Source: Promethearchaeia archaeon (lineage in GTDB: Archaea > Asgardarchaeota > Lokiarchaeia > Sigyniarchaeales > SOKP01). From it: DNA of 64,000 nt. The notes beneath the pieces were generated by a model. That model saw nothing but the letters and a program-made list of their open reading frames with translations, was not told the origin of the DNA and made no database searches. The stretch lies in NCBI GenBank assembly GCA_029856145.1, contig JAHQWK010000024.1, positions 32,001 to 96,000 on the forward strand, read 5' to 3'. The translations under genes and the position numbers were made by a program. Shown in pieces: positions 20,447 through 29,343 of the stretch (position 1 is the stretch's first letter; the number at the start of each line of letters is the position of its first letter).

Positions 20447-21520
20447 ATGAGTTATAAATTCTTAAAAACCGAAAAAACTCTAGTAGATAAGCAATTAGAA
20501 ATGTATTTTGCTAATTTACACAAGAAAGAAAAAGATATACTTCTAAATGATTTTATTAATCAACTTGAAGAATTCATTTTAAATGAAAAAGCGAAAAGAA
20601 TCCATCCTATTTTGTTGAATGCCGCTTTTGCGGGTATTGTAAATCCTATGTATTTAGAGGATCAAATAGAACAAATTCGTGAAGTGTCCATATCAGTCGA
20701 ATTATTACATAGCGGTCACTTAATACATGATGATCTCCTAGATAATGATGAGATAAGAAGGGGTAAACCTACATTTCATGTACAATTAAAAAATGAAATA
20801 AGTCAAGTGTACAAGGACTTAGAACTCCCTAATAAAGACGAGTTGAGTGGATTATATGGAAGGGATATGTCAATATTAGGGGGTACACAAGGATATCTTT
20901 TAGGTTTAGACATTTTAAAATCTTCAAAATTCCCAGAACAATTAAAACTCTTTGCTATTAATGAATATACACAAGCAATGGATTATTTAATGAAAGGACA
21001 GTTAGTAGAAGAATACATGAATTATCATAATATTACCATGACATTAGAACAATATTTGAATATAATGGAATTTCAAAAAGCAAGAATATTTGAAAAATCT
21101 ACAAAAATTGGAGCATTTTTGGCTAAAGGGAATCTTCATTATCAAATCAATCCTCTAAGTAATGCAATGTTACTTATTGGTCAAGCTCATGCAATTCGTG
21201 ATGATATTATTGATCTAGAAGACGACATTAAAGGAAAGCAGAAAAAAATCGTGTATATTTTAGCTATCTCAAATACTGATGAAGATCAGTCTAAGAGATT
21301 GAATGAAATATACCATAAAGATCATTTGACAAATAATGATGTAAAAGAAGCAGAAGATATCTTCACAAAAACCAATGCCTTAATGATTGCTGAACATTTA
21401 GCAAAAAATTTTATCGAACAAGCTAAAGATTCTCTTAAAGATATTTATCCAGATCTAAATAAAGAACAAAAAATGTTCTTTAGTGAATTTTCAGATTTTG
21501 TTTATACAAGAGAATTTTAG
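20447..21520 (+). CDS. Polyprenyl diphosphate synthase family protein (divergent)
   Basis: ELLH..HLIHDDLLD...RRG first Asp-rich motif; IRDDIID second motif; start placed at MSYKF. Confidence 0.85.
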   Translation: MSYKFLKTEKTLVDKQLEMYFANLHKKEKDILLNDFINQLEEFILNEKAKRIHPILLNAAFAGIVNPMYLEDQIEQIREVSISVELLHSGHLIHDDLLDNDEIRRGKPTFHVQLKNEISQVYKDLELPNKDELSGLYGRDMSILGGTQGYLLGLDILKSSKFPEQLKLFAINEYTQAMDYLMKGQLVEEYMNYHNITMTLEQYLNIMEFQKARIFEKSTKIGAFLAKGNLHYQINPLSNAMLLIGQAHAIRDDIIDLEDDIKGKQKKIVYILAISNTDEDQSKRLNEIYHKDHLTNNDVKEAEDIFTKTNALMIAEHLAKNFIEQAKDSLKDIYPDLNKEQKMFFSEFSDFVYTREF

Positions 21521-21537
21521 AATTATCCTCTAATATT

Positions 21538-22134
21538 TTATACTACAACAAATGGAATATGTTGTTTTTTCAACATTAAGTTATTTAATTCTTTGAAAAC
21601 TTCTAAAACGTTTTGATTCTCCAAAGCAGATGTTCTAGCAAATCCATCTAATTTTCTTTTTTCTAAATATTCGGAAATCAAGGTATCATTAATAATTTCT
21701 GATTTTGAGGTTTTCTTTATTAAATCACTTTTACTCGCAACTAAAATTATTGGAATCTTTGAATCTATAGCATTCTCAATTATTATATCATACCAGAAAT
21801 CTAGTTGATTAAAAGATGGAAAATTCACTGAATCGAATACTAACAAGGCTCCATTAGCACCTTCTATAAATTTGGGGATTAATGGAGCAAATCTTTCCTG
21901 CCCTCCAAAGTCAAAAATCGAATTTACAACATAATTTTCCTTCTGTGGATTTATTTCTTTTGTAAAATTGATTTTTAAATAGACTGAATGAAAATTTATA
22001 CCAATTGTTGGAGAACTATCAAAACTAAATGAGTTAAAACAATAACGATTAAATAATGATGTTTTACCTACTGAACTGGCACCACAAATCACAGTTTTGA
22101 AACTAAATAATATATCTTTTCGATTATAACTCAT
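21538..22134 (-). CDS. Rab/Ras-like small GTPase
   Basis: G1 GASSVGKTS, G2 PTIG, G3 DFGGQ, G4 SKSD, G5 TSAL. Confidence 0.92.
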   Translation of the reverse strand: MSYNRKDILFSFKTVICGASSVGKTSLFNRYCFNSFSFDSSPTIGINFHSVYLKINFTKEINPQKENYVVNSIFDFGGQERFAPLIPKFIEGANGALLVFDSVNFPSFNQLDFWYDIIIENAIDSKIPIILVASKSDLIKKTSKSEIINDTLISEYLEKRKLDGFARTSALENQNVLEVFKELNNLMLKKQHIPFVVV

Positions 22135-22350
22135 CTTTTAATAGAGCCTTGAATGTAAATAAAATTATCTTAAGTAATTTTAATGTTTAAATATTGGAAT
22201 GTTAGATTCTCTAAATTTAATAGAGTGAATATGCAACACCTTAAATAGTTTCCGAGAATCGTTAATAATAAACTAAACTAGTAAAATATATTCTAGAGAT
22301 GGTTCGATTTAATTTCTAAACTATTTTCTTTCTTTTATTATTCAATCTTT

Positions 22351-22497
22351 TTAAAATCCAACTGCTTGCTCGTCTTTCCACCAATCTGAAGCACCCAAAT
22401 AACACTCTCCAAGTTTGTATATAATTTGAGCTCCTTCAATTTTATAAAAGTCCTCTTTATACACTTGATGACTAAGATTAGATAAGCATTGAATCAA
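22351..22497 (-). CDS. Possible 48-aa small protein
   Basis: Hand-translated TTG-start ORF ...YKLGECYLGASDWWKDEQAVGF in an otherwise AT-rich gap; below the ORF-track cutoff. Confidence 0.35.
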   Translation of the reverse strand: MIQCLSNLSHQVYKEDFYKIEGAQIIYKLGECYLGASDWWKDEQAVGF

Positions 22498-22604
22498 ATT
22501 TTCTTATTATTTTATAATAATAATATCTAAAAATCCCTTTTCTTTTATTATAATTGTAAATAAGGTTGTTTAAATTCTTTAATTATTATTCTTAATGAAT
22601 CTGT

Positions 22605-23513
22605 ATGGCTACTAAAATTCCACCTGATCAGATAGTTATTAGGCCTCCTGTAGAAGCTTATTCTGTTTTAATACCTGTAACAGGTGGATGTTCATGGAAT
22701 AAATGCCGTTTCTGTGGAACTTATAAAGGCGTATATGGAGTTTCCCAAGACTATGCTATACGAACTTTAGAGGATGTAAAAAAGGATATTGATAAATATG
22801 CTGAGAGTAATTATCATGGTTTTCCTGTATTTTTAGCAGGAGGTAATCCTACTTCCGCACCAACAGATTATTTAGTTGAAATTATTAAATATGTTAGAGT
22901 TAAGTTAAAAAATGTTCCACGAGTAAGTTGCTACGCTAAAGCTTTAGATGTTTTAAGAAAGTCAGATGAAGAATTAAAAGCGATAATGAATGCAGGATTA
23001 GATATAGTCTATATGGGATTAGAGAGTGGCTCAAATACCATATTAAGAATTATGAAAAAAGGAACTAATGCTGAATCTATGATAGAAGCAGGGAAGAAAA
23101 TTCTAAATGCTGGAATTAAACTTTCATTATATATCATTTTAGGATTAGGAAGTCATAAATATTCAGAAGAACATGTGAAAGAAACTGCTAGAGTGTTAAC
23201 TGAAATTAACCCAACTATTTTCCGGTTCAGAACCTTAAATATTTTACCTGGTACTCCACTTTGGGATGAATGGAAATCTGGTGAATTTAAACTATTGAGC
23301 CCATTGGAAAATATTACAGAAGAGAGAAATATCATAGCTAATTTAGGTGAAAATGTTACTTCTCAAGTCTTTAACGACCATGTGTCTAATTATTGTACGA
23401 TAGAATCTTCTAATATAAAAGTAGATCGAGAAATGTTTATAAAAACCTTAGATTCTTATATTAATGACCCAAAAATCCAAAACTTGCCAAGAAAAAACTT
23501 AATAAGAATGTGA
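22605..23513 (+). CDS. Radical SAM protein (paralogue of 11864..12787)
   Basis: RPPVEAYS, CSWNKCRFC, GLESGS, DHVSNY. Confidence 0.9.
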   Translation: MATKIPPDQIVIRPPVEAYSVLIPVTGGCSWNKCRFCGTYKGVYGVSQDYAIRTLEDVKKDIDKYAESNYHGFPVFLAGGNPTSAPTDYLVEIIKYVRVKLKNVPRVSCYAKALDVLRKSDEELKAIMNAGLDIVYMGLESGSNTILRIMKKGTNAESMIEAGKKILNAGIKLSLYIILGLGSHKYSEEHVKETARVLTEINPTIFRFRTLNILPGTPLWDEWKSGEFKLLSPLENITEERNIIANLGENVTSQVFNDHVSNYCTIESSNIKVDREMFIKTLDSYINDPKIQNLPRKNLIRM

Positions 23514-23544
23514 ATATTTGAGGATAGAACAAATATAATCTTTT

Positions 23545-24621
23545 TTAAGCCTCAAGAACTTTATCCACCAGATCAATGAATTTTTTATATTTAGATATTG
23601 AACCTAAAAGGAATTCATATATTTTGTAAATCCGGGTATAACCATTTAATTTTTCCAAAGTATTTCTATTTTCCTCAAGTTCTAGTCTTAGTTTTTGTAA
23701 CTCATCATCCCATTTTGCCATTCTGTCAATAACGGTTCTAGAGAATTTTAAAAGGATTATTCCCGCGGATTCAGCACAATACGTAATTTTACCTTTAGGT
23801 GAAATATCTGATTTCTCTATTAATCCATTTTCTAAAAGTAAGTTTACTTCTTCAGAAATCTTCCCTGCTGACAATCCGGTGATCCTTTGTAATGTTTTTT
23901 GGGTAAGCAATTTTCTTGTAATAAAGTACACGAGAATCCTAATGAACATTGGATCTCGACTTGAAAACATGGGGGAAGTGGCAAGTTGATTTAACATATC
24001 ATCCTCAACTAAATAAACTTCTGGGTCAAAAGAAATCTTCTTCACTTCTTCTTCTCTTCTAATCAAATTGAAAGATTTTGAAGATATATCTTTCAATGTT
24101 TCATTAGTTGAATTTTCTATCAATATTGGAAATATAATTTTATAAATTTCAAAAGTTTCAAGCAATTCATCAATTCTATTTGAGAGATGTTGCGCTCCTT
24201 TTTTAGATTGCTCAATAAATTTTATCAATTCTTCCTTTTTATTTTTCAAATAAGTTTCTAAAGGACCAAAAGTACTTAATGCAATTTCAATCCCTCTTGT
24301 TGTAAGATCTTCAAGCTTGCCGGTAAATGAATATATAAATGTATGAGTGTGAGGAATACGTTCTTTTTGAAAAGTTCCAGTACCCGTCATAACTGATAAA
24401 ATTGTTGATATAGAGCCCATTGAGAATCCCGTTAACTTTTTTAATTCCTTCTGGGTTAAACTTTCATGAATTAGTAAATAAGAAGAAATCATAGATATCT
24501 TTGGATTAACTCTTTTACTTTGAGCAATATCTAATAAAAATTCTACAAGCTTATTTTCATATTTGCGAAGTTTATCACTAAAAAGATGACTAAAATTTTC
24601 TGTATCTTCTTCAACTGTCAT
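23545..24621 (-). CDS. Tandem two-domain GbsR/MarR-family winged-helix transcription regulator
   Basis: Two HTH units: LTQKELKKLTGFSMGSIS and LTQKTLQRITGLSAGKIS. Confidence 0.8.
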   Translation of the reverse strand: MTVEEDTENFSHLFSDKLRKYENKLVEFLLDIAQSKRVNPKISMISSYLLIHESLTQKELKKLTGFSMGSISTILSVMTGTGTFQKERIPHTHTFIYSFTGKLEDLTTRGIEIALSTFGPLETYLKNKKEELIKFIEQSKKGAQHLSNRIDELLETFEIYKIIFPILIENSTNETLKDISSKSFNLIRREEEVKKISFDPEVYLVEDDMLNQLATSPMFSSRDPMFIRILVYFITRKLLTQKTLQRITGLSAGKISEEVNLLLENGLIEKSDISPKGKITYCAESAGIILLKFSRTVIDRMAKWDDELQKLRLELEENRNTLEKLNGYTRIYKIYEFLLGSISKYKKFIDLVDKVLEA

Positions 24622-24667
24622 TTCTTATTTAAATATAGGTTAAACAGGTTTATAAATGTTTTTATAT

Positions 24668-24682
24668 TTCAAACTTTATGAA
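24668..24682. promoter_or_regulatory. Palindromic operator TTCA-N7-TGAA between the regulator gene and a divergent small ORF
   Basis: ttca aacttta tgaa; identical copy at 25119; TATA-like tttataaa just to the left. Confidence 0.6.
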
Positions 24683-24753
24683 AGGTGAAGAAAGTTAAAT
24701 CTCTAATTTTTTTTAATTATCTTGATGAAGAAATTAAAAAAAAAGAAATTTTC

Positions 24754-24957
24754 ATGCCGGAAAAAGACACCAAATATAATCAAATTTTTGACATGGGGGA
24801 TGTGAAATATAAGAAATGCCCCGTTTGCAAAAAGACGCGGGAGTATCCAGATGAGTTTCAGCCTGAGAGTCTATGCGTCTTTTGTACCGAGGATATCTTT
24901 ACAGAGCCCGAGTTTTTTAAAATATATCTGAAAGCTATTAGAAAAGAATATGTTTAG
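24754..24957 (+). CDS. Small zinc-finger protein
   Basis: CPVC...CVFC; start moved to MPEKD. Confidence 0.6.
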   Translation: MPEKDTKYNQIFDMGDVKYKKCPVCKKTREYPDEFQPESLCVFCTEDIFTEPEFFKIYLKAIRKEYV

Positions 24958-25118
24958 CCTGTTCAGGATATGCACACTTATTTTTTTTCCAAGAACTAGC
25001 CAATAAATAATTAAGGAAAAATTAAAAGAAAATTATAGAATCTTTAGGATTAAGGTTTAATAAATAAATAGGATCCTACTATTTTTTCTACAGTTGTAAT
25101 TAATAATTCTTTATAATT

Positions 25119-25262
25119 TTCAAACTTTATGAAACAGAAGTTTGAGCTATGATTCTGTTGCAAAATTCGTTTCACGACTTTTGAAAAATAAAAACATTTA
25201 AATATGTAGTTGATTATAATATTAATGGGTTTCATAACTTTTGAAACTTAAAAAATTATGAA
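25119..25262. promoter_or_regulatory. Cluster of TTCA-N7-TGAA operators around a TATA-like box upstream of 25281
   Basis: Copies at 25119-25133, 25171-25185 and 25231-25245, degenerate copy at 25248-25262; atttaaata at 25196. Confidence 0.65.
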
Positions 25263-25280
25263 ACTTCACATTCCCACCAA

Positions 25281-26003
25281 GTGTGTAAAAAAATGATTGA
25301 AATTATTTCTCAGGAAATATGGATTGGAGATATTGATGCTAATATCAAAGAAGTAAAACCTGAACATATTTATTCAAGATGGGTTTTATTAATTGCGGGT
25401 ATAAGTTATTTCATTGTATTTATTACAAGTATATTAATAGCAATCTTTCTAGGACCTTTAGGTTATAATCCTTATTTTAATGCGATTAGCGATTTAGGGT
25501 CGTCTCATATTACTCCTGTGGCATTTCTTTTCGATAGTTCATGTTTCATCAGTCCTGGGTTTATAATTCCTTCCTTAATTATAATAGAGAAGAGGGTAGC
25601 CCCTGAATCTTTTTTTAATGGAATTAAGAATAAGAGTGTATCATTAAAACAGAAATTTGCAGTCTTTGGAGTAGCCTTTGGACTTATTGGACTTATTGGA
25701 TTGATTTTAGTAGGAGTCTTTAGTTTAGATCGAGCAGGTCCAATGGGAATTTATCATGGGATTGCAGCAATATTAACTTTCGGAGGTTTTGTCCTTTGTA
25801 TTTTCATATTTACTTTATGTTTAATTTGTTTTCGAGGCGAAATATCTAAAGTTTATGCAATAGCCACATCTTTACTTCCTATTATTATGCTATTTTTGTG
25901 GTTTTATACGAGAATCTTAATTTTTGAGTGGCTCTCTTATTTGTCAATCTTATCATACCTACTCTTTTTTCATTTTACTAATTTTAAGAGGGGAGGTTGG
26001 TAA
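25281..26003 (+). CDS. DUF998-like membrane protein
   Basis: YNPYFNAISDLGS; GVFSLD...YHGIAA; multiple TM helices. Confidence 0.75.
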   Translation: MCKKMIEIISQEIWIGDIDANIKEVKPEHIYSRWVLLIAGISYFIVFITSILIAIFLGPLGYNPYFNAISDLGSSHITPVAFLFDSSCFISPGFIIPSLIIIEKRVAPESFFNGIKNKSVSLKQKFAVFGVAFGLIGLIGLILVGVFSLDRAGPMGIYHGIAAILTFGGFVLCIFIFTLCLICFRGEISKVYAIATSLLPIIMLFLWFYTRILIFEWLSYLSILSYLLFFHFTNFKRGGW

Positions 26004-26236
26004 AATAGGGCTCTCTAACAGAAAAAATAATTATTGACTTATAAAAAATTAGTTTTTCAAGCCTTAAGAACATTAATTAATAACCTATTTTTATTTACTT
26101 TTGATTTTAAGAAATTTCTTGAATACTAAGACTTCCTTTTTTTTTATTACAAAAATAAATAATGTAGAGGTTTTAAGTTCTATTTTTAATTTATAAATGG
26201 AATTATTTTTTTAATTCAATTTATATAATTCGTAGA

Positions 26237-27541
26237 TTATATATCAAGGATTTCCTTCGTAATTGATAAGATTTCAACTTCATCAAACAAATTAGTCTTC
26301 CCAGTTTTTTTAAACAACTCAATTTGTTCATGATAAAGCGTTTCAAAAAGATTAGTAAGATAATTAAGTCTTTCCTTAAAACTTGAATCTGATGGTTTAA
26401 ATAGAAAACAGACTATTTCAATATATTTACCGTAAACGGCTTGAACATAGAGACCTTTATAATTAATTTCTTCCATTTTTGAACCCCCAATTTGAGTTAC
26501 AAATGAATCCATTGCTGTTAAAAAACCTGATACTAATGCTTGTTCCTTGAAATTTTCACTGGCATAATTTATAATTGGCGTTCCACTAGTCTTTTCTATT
26601 ATTATTAAATCTCTGAATATTTCCGAATATTTTGGTTGATTAGCTTCTTTGAGCATTAATTTATTATGTTCTAAGTCATTGTAAATATCAAATAATCTAA
26701 AGTTATATGAGTCAAACGAATTTGTTTCGTTGAAATAATAATCTGATAATTTTATAACTTGTGAAGGAGCTCTCATTGGTTCTTTTGGAAGCTTTTTAAT
26801 AAACTTATTTCGTATTTCAAGATCATAATTATCGTTCTTTTTTCCTTTTCTTACACCGTAAACTATTTTCCGTGATGGATCAACTACATAAAGCCAACAA
26901 TTCAAATCTTTCATGTCGTAAATTAAATTTTGTAATCCTAATTTAAGAACACCAATAGGAGTTGTTACAAAAATATTCCAACTCGCAACCTTTGCAGCTT
27001 CTTTTATTGATTCTTTTGTTTCAAGATAAGTCTTTTCATTAACATTAACACCATTCATGACGAATACAGCTGCGGTCTTTACTTTCGATTTTTTCATTGT
27101 TAAATACATGTCCATTTTAGGTGAAATTGAATCATAGGAGGTATTATGAACTGTTGTTTCGAGATCAGCACAATGATCTGCAAAAGTTTCACTTAAATCT
27201 TGCTTTGCTATGAAATCTAAATGATATAGATACCTCTTGAATGTTTTTGAATTAATGACTGCGTATCCACAATATTCCAAAGGGTTATCAAATCTTTTTT
27301 GCCAATCAGTTGAATTATATACATTAGTTAGGTGTGTTAAAATGAGTTTTATATATTCAAGTCTACTAACAAATGATTTTTCAGGAATAGTTATCCCATA
27401 ATCCGCAATAAATTCTAACAATTCTTGAATTTTGCAATTTATTAAAATATAATTAATAGAAAATAAACCAAATTTGCTTTTGCTTTTTTCTATAAGGTAT
27501 TGAATTACATTATCCTCAGTAATTTCAGTTTCAGCGCTCAT
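26237..27541 (-). CDS. Hypothetical protein with a C-terminal longin-like domain
   Basis: DLIIIEKTSGTPII...QALVSGFLTAMDSF...EINYKGL. Confidence 0.7.
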   Translation of the reverse strand: MSAETEITEDNVIQYLIEKSKSKFGLFSINYILINCKIQELLEFIADYGITIPEKSFVSRLEYIKLILTHLTNVYNSTDWQKRFDNPLEYCGYAVINSKTFKRYLYHLDFIAKQDLSETFADHCADLETTVHNTSYDSISPKMDMYLTMKKSKVKTAAVFVMNGVNVNEKTYLETKESIKEAAKVASWNIFVTTPIGVLKLGLQNLIYDMKDLNCWLYVVDPSRKIVYGVRKGKKNDNYDLEIRNKFIKKLPKEPMRAPSQVIKLSDYYFNETNSFDSYNFRLFDIYNDLEHNKLMLKEANQPKYSEIFRDLIIIEKTSGTPIINYASENFKEQALVSGFLTAMDSFVTQIGGSKMEEINYKGLYVQAVYGKYIEIVCFLFKPSDSSFKERLNYLTNLFETLYHEQIELFKKTGKTNLFDEVEILSITKEILDI

Positions 27542-27846
27542 TTTTCCACTAAACCCATCAAATTAATATCTAGTAAATTGTACAACTTTTACACCTAGGT
27601 TCTTCTATACAAATTTTATCTAATTAATATATACTAGAAATATATCTTTTCGTGATATCCGTATATATAATTTCATAAAATTTACTAAGGAAGAATTTGT
27701 AAAAATAATGATTTAGATTGTTCTAGCCCTATTAAGCTTATAAAAAAAAAGAAAAATATGGAATAATTTTTAATAAATAAATGGAATTAATTTTTAAAAC
27801 TTTTTTTTTATTTGAAAATATTTTAAATTCTCAATTCCCTTATAAT

Positions 27847-28359
27847 TTATTTTTCAAGAGATGCTAGTTCTTTTTCTAATACTTCAATTACTTTCATAGT
27901 TAAGGGTAGAGATGCTGTAAGTAATGTAAGGAGCTCATAAACATCAGTATAGCCGTAGAGATTTTCTATTTCATTTTTCTCTGCATTCATTTCTTTTTTT
28001 AATTCATTAAGCTCATTATAAAAATCAAATATTTCTTTTTGCGAATTAAAAAAATTCTTAATAATAGCTTTTTTGGGAGAATCCATTGAATAAGTAATCT
28101 CGCCTGTTCTAGATATTTTAGATTTCTCAATAAATGCATTCTCAACTAGTTTTTTCAACTCCTGGGAAATCTTGCCTCGGGAAAATCCGGTTAGTTTATG
28201 TATCATATCTTGGGTTAGATTTTTCCTTGTAATGAAATAGGCCTTTATTGTGTAATATATGGACTTCTGAAAACCAAAAAGTGGAGCACTTAGTAGAAAT
28301 TCTATTAACTCACCTTCAAAGTTCTTGATCTCATCATCAAATGGCTCATTTTCACTCAT
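27847..28359 (-). CDS. GbsR/MarR-family regulator (matches the C-half of 23545..24621)
   Basis: YFITRKNLTQDMIHKLTGFSRGKISQEL; 4-bp overlap with the upstream gene. Confidence 0.8.
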   Translation of the reverse strand: MSENEPFDDEIKNFEGELIEFLLSAPLFGFQKSIYYTIKAYFITRKNLTQDMIHKLTGFSRGKISQELKKLVENAFIEKSKISRTGEITYSMDSPKKAIIKNFFNSQKEIFDFYNELNELKKEMNAEKNEIENLYGYTDVYELLTLLTASLPLTMKVIEVLEKELASLEK

Positions 28360-29141
28360 GAGTTTTCCCTCCCAAGGCCTTTTACGAATTCTGAATCAGT
28401 GATTAAACCAACTATTTTGCGGTGAAATTCTAAAAAAGAGAGAATCCCTTGAATTCTTTCTAATAAAATTTTATGGCCTTTTCTGAACTGAAAAGGCTCT
28501 AAATTTATAATCATTGATTGTAAAAACTTTTTAGTATACTCATTTGTTTCAAATTTATAGACGCTCGTACCTGAAGCAATTGCTGAAAAATCTCCTCCTA
28601 AAGAATATAAATATTTTCTAGTCCCCTTAATCAATTCCTTTTTAAGAATTGGAGACGCTTCCATTAATTTCAAATTTTCAGAAATTGCACCCTTTGAAAG
28701 TCCTGTAAGCTCTTTCATTTGAGCCTGCGTTAAACCATTACGTTTATGTAAAAGTAGACAACCAATAATTGTGGCTAAAACATAATTTTGTCCTTTTAAT
28801 TTGCCTGCCCTTACGAAGAATTTAATAACTCTTTTTTCATATTCACGGATCTTTCCCTCAAACATGTGAGATTTTCTTTCCACGTAATCCGAATAATCTT
28901 CATCAAGTCTTCGATTAATAACATTCCATAATGATGTAAAATCTTCATTTGAGAGATCCAACTTATTAATTTTGTTTTTTAATTCGAGGATTAATTTTTC
29001 ATTCCATATTGGATCAGTAAGAAAATCTTTAAGTTTTTCTTTTAGTAATTTGATATGCCCACCTTTATTATTCTCCAAATAATTCTGAGCAATTTTACCT
29101 ATTATTTCCAATAAATTATTAATTTTCTTCTGATCAATCAT
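28356..29141 (-). CDS. GbsR/MarR-family regulator with an N-terminal helical extension (matches the N-half of 23545..24621)
   Basis: GLTQAQMKELTGLSKGAISENL, GTRKYLY wing. Confidence 0.8.
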   Translation of the reverse strand: MIDQKKINNLLEIIGKIAQNYLENNKGGHIKLLKEKLKDFLTDPIWNEKLILELKNKINKLDLSNEDFTSLWNVINRRLDEDYSDYVERKSHMFEGKIREYEKRVIKFFVRAGKLKGQNYVLATIIGCLLLHKRNGLTQAQMKELTGLSKGAISENLKLMEASPILKKELIKGTRKYLYSLGGDFSAIASGTSVYKFETNEYTKKFLQSMIINLEPFQFRKGHKILLERIQGILSFLEFHRKIVGLITDSEFVKGLGRENS

Positions 29142-29214
29142 TACTGGTACAGCTAATAATATTAAACATCATTTTCTTTTAGTCTTTCCTATAAATAATA
29201 TTGCTTTTCTATTA

Positions 29215-29325
29215 TTTAAAGATTATGAATTTCATAGATTGTGAAGTTCATAGGAAATGAAAATATTTAAATATGCAATTTCACTCTTAATAATTGTAAG
29301 ATCTACTATTTTCATTATAAATGAA
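29215..29325. promoter_or_regulatory. Tandem TTCA-N7-TGAA operators in the divergent regulator/ABC-transporter promoter
   Basis: Units at 29215 (degenerate), 29231 and 29247 with 16-bp period; atttaaata at 29265; further copy at 29311-29325. Confidence 0.65.
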
Positions 29326-29343
29326 AAATAAAAACAATAAAGG

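Noticed and set aside
25050-25235. 61-aa minus-strand ORF
   Set aside because: Overlaps the operator and TATA cluster and has no protein-like features.
24668-29325. Repeated 15-bp palindromes considered as a CRISPR array or transposon ends
   Set aside because: Too short, irregularly spaced and confined to promoters; no cas or transposase genes seen.
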